Shown here: positions 59,068 through 64,000 of the stretch, in pieces
Position numbering within the stretch: the first letter of the stretch is position 1
How the letters are laid out: each line of letters starts with the position of its first letter
Assembly (NCBI GenBank): GCA_964555645.1
Contig: CAZKTA010000001.1
Location: 72,557-136,556, forward strand
Source: an uncultured Verrucomicrobiota bacterium
Lineage (GTDB): Bacteria; Verrucomicrobiota; Verrucomicrobiia; Limisphaerales; DTLC01
DNA length: 64,000 nt
Direction of reading: 5' to 3'
Program-made: the position numbers and the translations under genes
The notes under the pieces: generated by a model
Database searches by the model: none
What the model saw: only the letters and a program-made list of their open reading frames with translations
Told to the model about the DNA's origin: nothing

Positions 59068-62000
59068 ATGTCGGTTAAATCAACTGAAAGAATCAACTTC
59101 GGCAAGATAAAAGAGGTAATTGCACCGCCGAACTTGATCGAGTTGCAGATCGAGTCGTTTAGGGAATTCCTCCAAGCTGATGTGCCGCCTTCGAGGCGTC
59201 GCAACGTCGGTTTGCAGGCAGTGTTTAGGGAGGTTTTCCCGATTGAAAGTTATGACGGCAGATGTGTGCTCGATTTCGTTTCGTACGAGGTTGGCGAACC
59301 GAAGATGACGTGGATGGAATGTCTTCGTGAGGGGCTAACCTATGCCGCCCCGCTTCATGTGACGTTCGCGCTCAAGGAGGATGACAAGGGTGCAAAAGAG
59401 GAAAAAGTTTTCATGGGCGAGTTGCCCCTCATGACACCACAGGGAACCTTTGTGATAAACGGTGCCGAGCGGGTTGTGGTGAGCCAACTACATCGGTCGC
59501 CGGGCATTGCGTTTGAGGCAACACAGCACCCAAGCGGCAAGGTTTTGCATTCGTTCAGGATAATCCCGGACCGTGGTTCATGGTACGAGGCACAGTTCGA
59601 CATAAACGACCTGTTGTATGTATACTTGGACCGCAAAAAGCGCAGGCGCAAGTTCCTTACAACTACGTTTTTCCGTGCGATAAGCTTCCTTGATGCTGAG
59701 GCGAAAGGAAAGGATACGGACGAAAAACAACGTGGTACCGACGAGGAGATAATCAAGCTTTTCTATGAAATCGAGGAGCTGAATGTAAAAGAGGCGGTCA
59801 AACTGCCAGATTTGCAAAACAAGGTCTTGATCGAAGACGCTGTTGATGAAGAAAAAGGGCTAGTCGTAGCACGTGCGTTCGAGCCGTTATCAAGGGCCGT
59901 GATCAAACAGATTGCTGAACTAGGCGTAACCAAGATTCGTGTTGTTGATACGAGTGCTGACGACGGCATCATCATTAAATGCTTACGCAAGGACCTGGCG
60001 AAGAATGAAGAGGAAGCTCTCAAGGATATTTATCGCCGAATTCGGCCGGGTGACCCACCAACAGCAGCAAATGCACGTGCACTGATTAAGCGACTGTTCT
60101 TCGACCCGAAGCGCTACGACCTGGGTCGGGTGGGGCGGTACAAGGTCAATCAAAAACTCGGCCTGAGCAGCAAAAACGACTCGCGTGTGCTAACAAAGGA
60201 AGACCTTGTTGCAGCTACCAAATACCTGCTGCGACTACGGAAAGGCGAAGGCATTGTTGACGACATCGACCACTTGGGCAGTCGCCGGGTGCGAACAGTA
60301 GGCGAACTGCTTGCGAATCAGTGCCGGGTTGGCCTAGCGCGCACCGAGCGACTTGTCAAAGAGCGCATGACTTTGTTTGATCAGGAAGCCGAGGCAATGA
60401 CACCCCAGAAACTGATCAATCCGAAAGCGCTTTCGGCTGTGTTGCGGGATTTCTTTGGGCGCAGCCAGCTCTCGCAGTTTATGGATCAGGTTAATCCTCT
60501 GGCTGAGCTGACGCACAAACGGCGGTTGTCAGCACTTGGACCAGGCGGATTGTCGCGGGAACGTGCCGGGTTTGAAGTGCGTGACGTGCATCCGTCGCAT
60601 TACGGTCGGATTTGTCCAATTGAAACACCGGAAGGGCCAAACATCGGTTTGATTGCCTCATTGGCCACATTCGCGCGCGTCAATGAATTCGGGTTTATCG
60701 AGACTCCGTATCGCAAGGTCGAGAACGGGCGTGTGACAAACCAAATCGAGTATCTCACTGCCGATCGCGAGGAAAACTTCATAATTGCACAGGCCAATAC
60801 ACCAATCGATGAGAAGGGCCGTTTCTTGGTCGAGCGCGTCGTGTGTCGGGGTAGGGGCGGCGAGTTTGTTGATGTAGAGCCGTCTCGGGTTGACTACATG
60901 GACGTTTCGCCCAAGCAACTTGTGTCGGTTGCAGCGAGTCTGATTCCGTTCCTTGAGCACGACGATGCCAATCGCGCGTTGATGGGCTCGAACATGCAGC
61001 GGCAGGCTGTGCCGTTGCTTGTTAACGAGGCGCCGCTAGTTGGCACTGGTATGGAAGAACGGGTGGCGCGTGATTCGTGTGCAGTGGTTGTTGCGGAGGA
61101 GTCTGGCAAGGTTGCCTCGGTCACGGCGAACCAGATAATAATCACCAAGGACGGCAAACTGCCGGAAAGCAAACGCAAGATAAAACACGACCCTGGCAAG
61201 GGCATTTGGGTGTATCAGCTGCGCAAGTTCACACGGTCAAATGCGGGCACCTGCATTAATCAGAAACCCCTAGTGAAGAAGGGCGATGTTGTCAAGAAAT
61301 GCCAAATCATTGCTGACGGTCCGTGCACAAGTGAAGGCGAACTTGCCTTGGGCCGAAACGTGCTTGTGGCGTTCATGCCGTGGAACGGGTACAATTTCGA
61401 GGACGCAATCCTGATCAGCGAGCGCCTTGTTAAAGAGGACACTTTCACCTCCATTCATATTGAGGAGTTCGAGGTGAGCGCGCGCGACACGAAACTTGGC
61501 CCTGAGGAAATCACGCGCGACATACCGAACCTCGGGGATGAGGCGTTAAAGAACCTCGGCCCGGACGGCGTGATTCGCGTAGGTGCTGAGGTCAGACCGG
61601 GTGATATCTTAGTGGGTAAAATCACCCCCAAGAGCGAGACTGAGCTTGCGCCTGAGGAACGGCTTCTGCGTGCAATCTTTGGTGAAAAAGCTGCCGATGT
61701 TAAGGATACGTCTCTGCGTGTGCCCTCGGGCACATACGGGATTGTGATGGACGTGAAAGTGTCGGCAAAGAGAGAATCCGAACGTGCGCAGTCGGGTTCA
61801 GACGAACGCAGACAGCTCAAGGAAATCGAGGAAGAACACAAGACCAAAACCGAGGAGCTTCGTGAGCAACTGACCGAGGCACTCAGCAACATTTTGCTAG
61901 GCGAAAAAATCCCGCTTGACGTTGTGAACAGCGAGACAGGCGAGATCATCATCCCGGCTAACCGCAAGATCACAAAAACTCTATTGCGCAAGCTTGCCGA

Positions 62001-62961
62001 GGTGTACGACAGGATCGAGATAGACCCATCGCCAATTCGTAACAAGATCAACGAAATCATTGGCAGCTTTAAGAAGAAATTTGATGATCTGCAAATGCAA
62101 TATGACGAGGAGCTGGAGCGTGCTGAGTCAGGCGAGCATGTCGAAACCGGCATTATCAAGTCGGTTAAGGTTTTTGTGGCGTCGAAGCGCAAAGTGTCGG
62201 TTGGTGACAAGATGGCCGGCCGGCACGGTAACAAAGGTGTCATAGCAAAAATCGTCAAAGAAGAAGACATGCCGTTCCTTGCGGACGGCACCCCGGTAGA
62301 CATTGTACTCAATCCGCTCGGTGTACCATCGCGCATGAACGTGGGGCAGGTTTTGGAAACGCACCTAGGGTGGGCTGCCAAAGTTCTTGGGTTAAGATTC
62401 ACAACACCTGTATTTGACGGAATAAGGGAGACCGACATTCGCGAGTATTTGCGTCAGGCGGCTATCGAACAAGGACGCAAGGGTGAACTACCACTTGTGG
62501 GTGATGACGGTAAAGCGGTTCTGTACGATGGCCAAACGGGTGAACCGTTCGATCAACGTGTCGTTGTCGGGTACATCTACATGATGAAGCTGTGTCATCT
62601 TGTGGCTGACAAGATACACGCTCGTGCCGTCGGGCCGTATTCGCTTGTGACGCAGCAACCATTGGGCGGCAAGGCCCAGTACGGCGGCCAACGGTTCGGT
62701 GAAATGGAAGTGTGGGCTTTGGAGGCCTATGGCGCAGCATACACGTTGCAGGAACTGTTGACAGTCAAATCGGATGACGTGCAGGGGCGCACGCGGATAT
62801 ACGAGAGCATTGTAAAAGGGGATAACACGCTCGAGGCTGGGATTCCGGAATCGTTCAACGTGTTGGTTAAGGAAATGCAGGCACTTGGTCTGGATGTAAA
62901 GGTCGGATACGCAAACCCGATTGACCAACCGCACGAACCGCTTGCATTGACAGGCAGTTGA
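59068..62961 (+). CDS. rpoB: DNA-directed RNA polymerase subunit beta
   Basis: ORF 59011..62961. The start is probably [13 protein letters not shown] (ATG 59068). Conserved blocks are [31 protein letters not shown] and [13 protein letters not shown]. Confidence 0.97.
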   Translation: MSVKSTERINFGKIKEVIAPPNLIELQIESFREFLQADVPPSRRRNVGLQAVFREVFPIESYDGRCVLDFVSYEVGEPKMTWMECLREGLTYAAPLHVTFALKEDDKGAKEEKVFMGELPLMTPQGTFVINGAERVVVSQLHRSPGIAFEATQHPSGKVLHSFRIIPDRGSWYEAQFDINDLLYVYLDRKKRRRKFLTTTFFRAISFLDAEAKGKDTDEKQRGTDEEIIKLFYEIEELNVKEAVKLPDLQNKVLIEDAVDEEKGLVVARAFEPLSRAVIKQIAELGVTKIRVVDTSADDGIIIKCLRKDLAKNEEEALKDIYRRIRPGDPPTAANARALIKRLFFDPKRYDLGRVGRYKVNQKLGLSSKNDSRVLTKEDLVAATKYLLRLRKGEGIVDDIDHLGSRRVRTVGELLANQCRVGLARTERLVKERMTLFDQEAEAMTPQKLINPKALSAVLRDFFGRSQLSQFMDQVNPLAELTHKRRLSALGPGGLSRERAGFEVRDVHPSHYGRICPIETPEGPNIGLIASLATFARVNEFGFIETPYRKVENGRVTNQIEYLTADREENFIIAQANTPIDEKGRFLVERVVCRGRGGEFVDVEPSRVDYMDVSPKQLVSVAASLIPFLEHDDANRALMGSNMQRQAVPLLVNEAPLVGTGMEERVARDSCAVVVAEESGKVASVTANQIIITKDGKLPESKRKIKHDPGKGIWVYQLRKFTRSNAGTCINQKPLVKKGDVVKKCQIIADGPCTSEGELALGRNVLVAFMPWNGYNFEDAILISERLVKEDTFTSIHIEEFEVSARDTKLGPEEITRDIPNLGDEALKNLGPDGVIRVGAEVRPGDILVGKITPKSETELAPEERLLRAIFGEKAADVKDTSLRVPSGTYGIVMDVKVSAKRESERAQSGSDERRQLKEIEEEHKTKTEELREQLTEALSNILLGEKIPLDVVNSETGEIIIPANRKITKTLLRKLAEVYDRIEIDPSPIRNKINEIIGSFKKKFDDLQMQYDEELERAESGEHVETGIIKSVKVFVASKRKVSVGDKMAGRHGNKGVIAKIVKEEDMPFLADGTPVDIVLNPLGVPSRMNVGQVLETHLGWAAKVLGLRFTTPVFDGIRETDIREYLRQAAIEQGRKGELPLVGDDGKAVLYDGQTGEPFDQRVVVGYIYMMKLCHLVADKIHARAVGPYSLVTQQPLGGKAQYGGQRFGEMEVWALEAYGAAYTLQELLTVKSDDVQGRTRIYESIVKGDNTLEAGIPESFNVLVKEMQALGLDVKVGYANPIDQPHEPLALTGS

Positions 62962-63006
62962 ACGCCTACGTTTGGAGATCAAACAACCAGCAAACTTTAA
63001 TAGCAT

Positions 63007-64000
63007 ATGATCAGCACAAGAGAAAGCGTTCGAGAACTGCTCGGCCTTGAGAAAGTCAACCTGGTCGAGTACGTGGCCATCTCGATTGCGTCGCCGGACA
63101 CGATTCGGTCGTGGTCAAAAGGCGAGGTTAAGAATCCGGAGACAATCAATTACCGCACGTTCAAGCCTGAAAAGGGCGGCTTGTTCTGCGAGCGCATTTT
63201 TGGTCCGGTCAAAGACTGGGAATGCTCGTGCGGCAAGTACAAACGCATCAAATACCGAGGTGTTGTTTGCGACAGGTGCGGTGTGGAAGTGACGCTTTCA
63301 CGCGTACGGCGCGAACGAATGGGGCACATCGAGCTTGCAGTGCCGATTGCGCATATTTGGTTCTTCAAATGCATGCCATCGCGCATGGGTCTAGTGTTGG
63401 ACATGACAGCGCGTGAGCTTGAACGGGTTATCTACTACGAAGACTACATGGTTATCGACCCGGGTTCGACTCCGCTCAAACTACATCAGTTGCTTAGCGA
63501 ACACGAATACCGCGAGGCACAGGAAACGTACGGTGCGGACTCGTTTGTAGCCAAGATGGGTGCCGAGGCAGTCCGTGAAGCTCTGGCGCGGGTTGACCTG
63601 CCTAAGCTAATCACCCAATTGCAGGACCAGATGAACGAGACCAAGAGCAAGCAAATCCGTAAGAAGCTTGCCAAACGGATTAAGCTGCTGCAGGCATTTG
63701 TTAACGCCAAAATGCGGCCCGAGTGGATGGTATTGACGGTGCTGCCGGTTATTCCCCCTGATCTACGCCCGCTTGTGCCGCTTGAAGGCGGGCGGTTTGC
63801 TACGTCGGACCTGAATGATCTATACCGGCGTGTGATTAACCGCAACAACAGGCTCAAGAACCTGCTTCAACTAAAAACGCCTGAGGTTATCATCCGTAAC
63901 GAAAAACGAATGTTGCAGGAGGCAGTTGATGCGCTGTTTGACAACGGCAGGCATGGCAGGGCTGTCACTGGTGCGAATAATCGGCCGCTCAAGTCACTCA
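63007..64000 (+). CDS. rpoC: DNA-directed RNA polymerase subunit beta-prime. The N-terminal part is present and the gene continues past the window edge.
   Basis: Absent from the ORF track because there is no stop in the window. My translation from ATG 63007 reads [96 protein letters not shown], which contains the zinc-finger block. Confidence 0.95.
   Translation, partial: MISTRESVRELLGLEKVNLVEYVAISIASPDTIRSWSKGEVKNPETINYRTFKPEKGGLFCERIFGPVKDWECSCGKYKRIKYRGVVCDRCGVEVTLSRVRRERMGHIELAVPIAHIWFFKCMPSRMGLVLDMTARELERVIYYEDYMVIDPGSTPLKLHQLLSEHEYREAQETYGADSFVAKMGAEAVREALARVDLPKLITQLQDQMNETKSKQIRKKLAKRIKLLQAFVNAKMRPEWMVLTVLPVIPPDLRPLVPLEGGRFATSDLNDLYRRVINRNNRLKNLLQLKTPEVIIRNEKRMLQEAVDALFDNGRHGRAVTGANNRPLKSL

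Noticed and set aside
61455-62438. A 327-aa ORF antisense to rpoB. Similar long antisense ORFs lie opposite tuf (54457..55158), ribBA (36016..36687), larC (37713..38357), pyrC (27597..28184) and EF-G (16656..17165).
   Set aside because: They are Ser/Arg/Pro-rich, low-complexity translations lying exactly opposite strongly conserved genes. These are typical shadow ORFs in GC-rich coding DNA, and none contains a motif I recognise.

Overview
This 64 kb window reads as a dense housekeeping segment of a bacterial chromosome at about 55% GC. I support about 55 protein genes and 5 tRNA genes. I saw no rRNA genes, transposases, integrases, phage genes, CRISPR arrays or recognisable defence or toxin islands. 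The right-hand third carries tRNA-Thr, tuf, tRNA-Trp, (tRNA-Ser), secE, nusG, rplK, rplA, rplJ, rplL, rpoB and rpoC. The rest is metabolism and envelope or secretion functions. Metabolic genes are glgB, thiD, nadC, plsY-gpsA, thrB, glk, deoC, pyrC, hemB, hemL, ribBA-ribH, dapL, glnS and larB-larC. Envelope and secretion genes are yajC, a fused secDF, lptD, ctpA, a GH3 glucosidase, and M50 and M48 proteases. My inference is a PVC-superphylum, Verrucomicrobiota-like organism. It rests on the tRNA-Thr/tuf/tRNA-Trp/secE gene order, the LL-diaminopimelate aminotransferase (DapL) route, the fused SecDF, a secreted DUF1080 protein and an RRM-type RNA-binding protein, and it has not been checked by any search. 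Many ORF-track calls carry spurious N-terminal extensions, and I moved those starts to the conserved N-termini. Two genes run off the window edges and are missing from the track: glgB at the left and rpoC at the right. I found no convincing new multi-gene system, and the region looks ordinary. The best second-look items are modest:
- a stand-alone EF-G paralog whose catalytic His and NKxD motif are substituted
- a compact three-way-junction RNA fold candidate between the RRM gene and deoC
- an 80-nt extended hairpin with a duplicated 5' arm upstream of gmhB
- a Tat-signal Fe/Mn superoxide dismutase next to a ferritin-like/VIT1 exporter
- a 683-bp apparent gap holding a small ORF with a SEC-C-like CxCGSG motif
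All functional calls come from reading the translations and recalling family motifs. No database search or folding computation was run.
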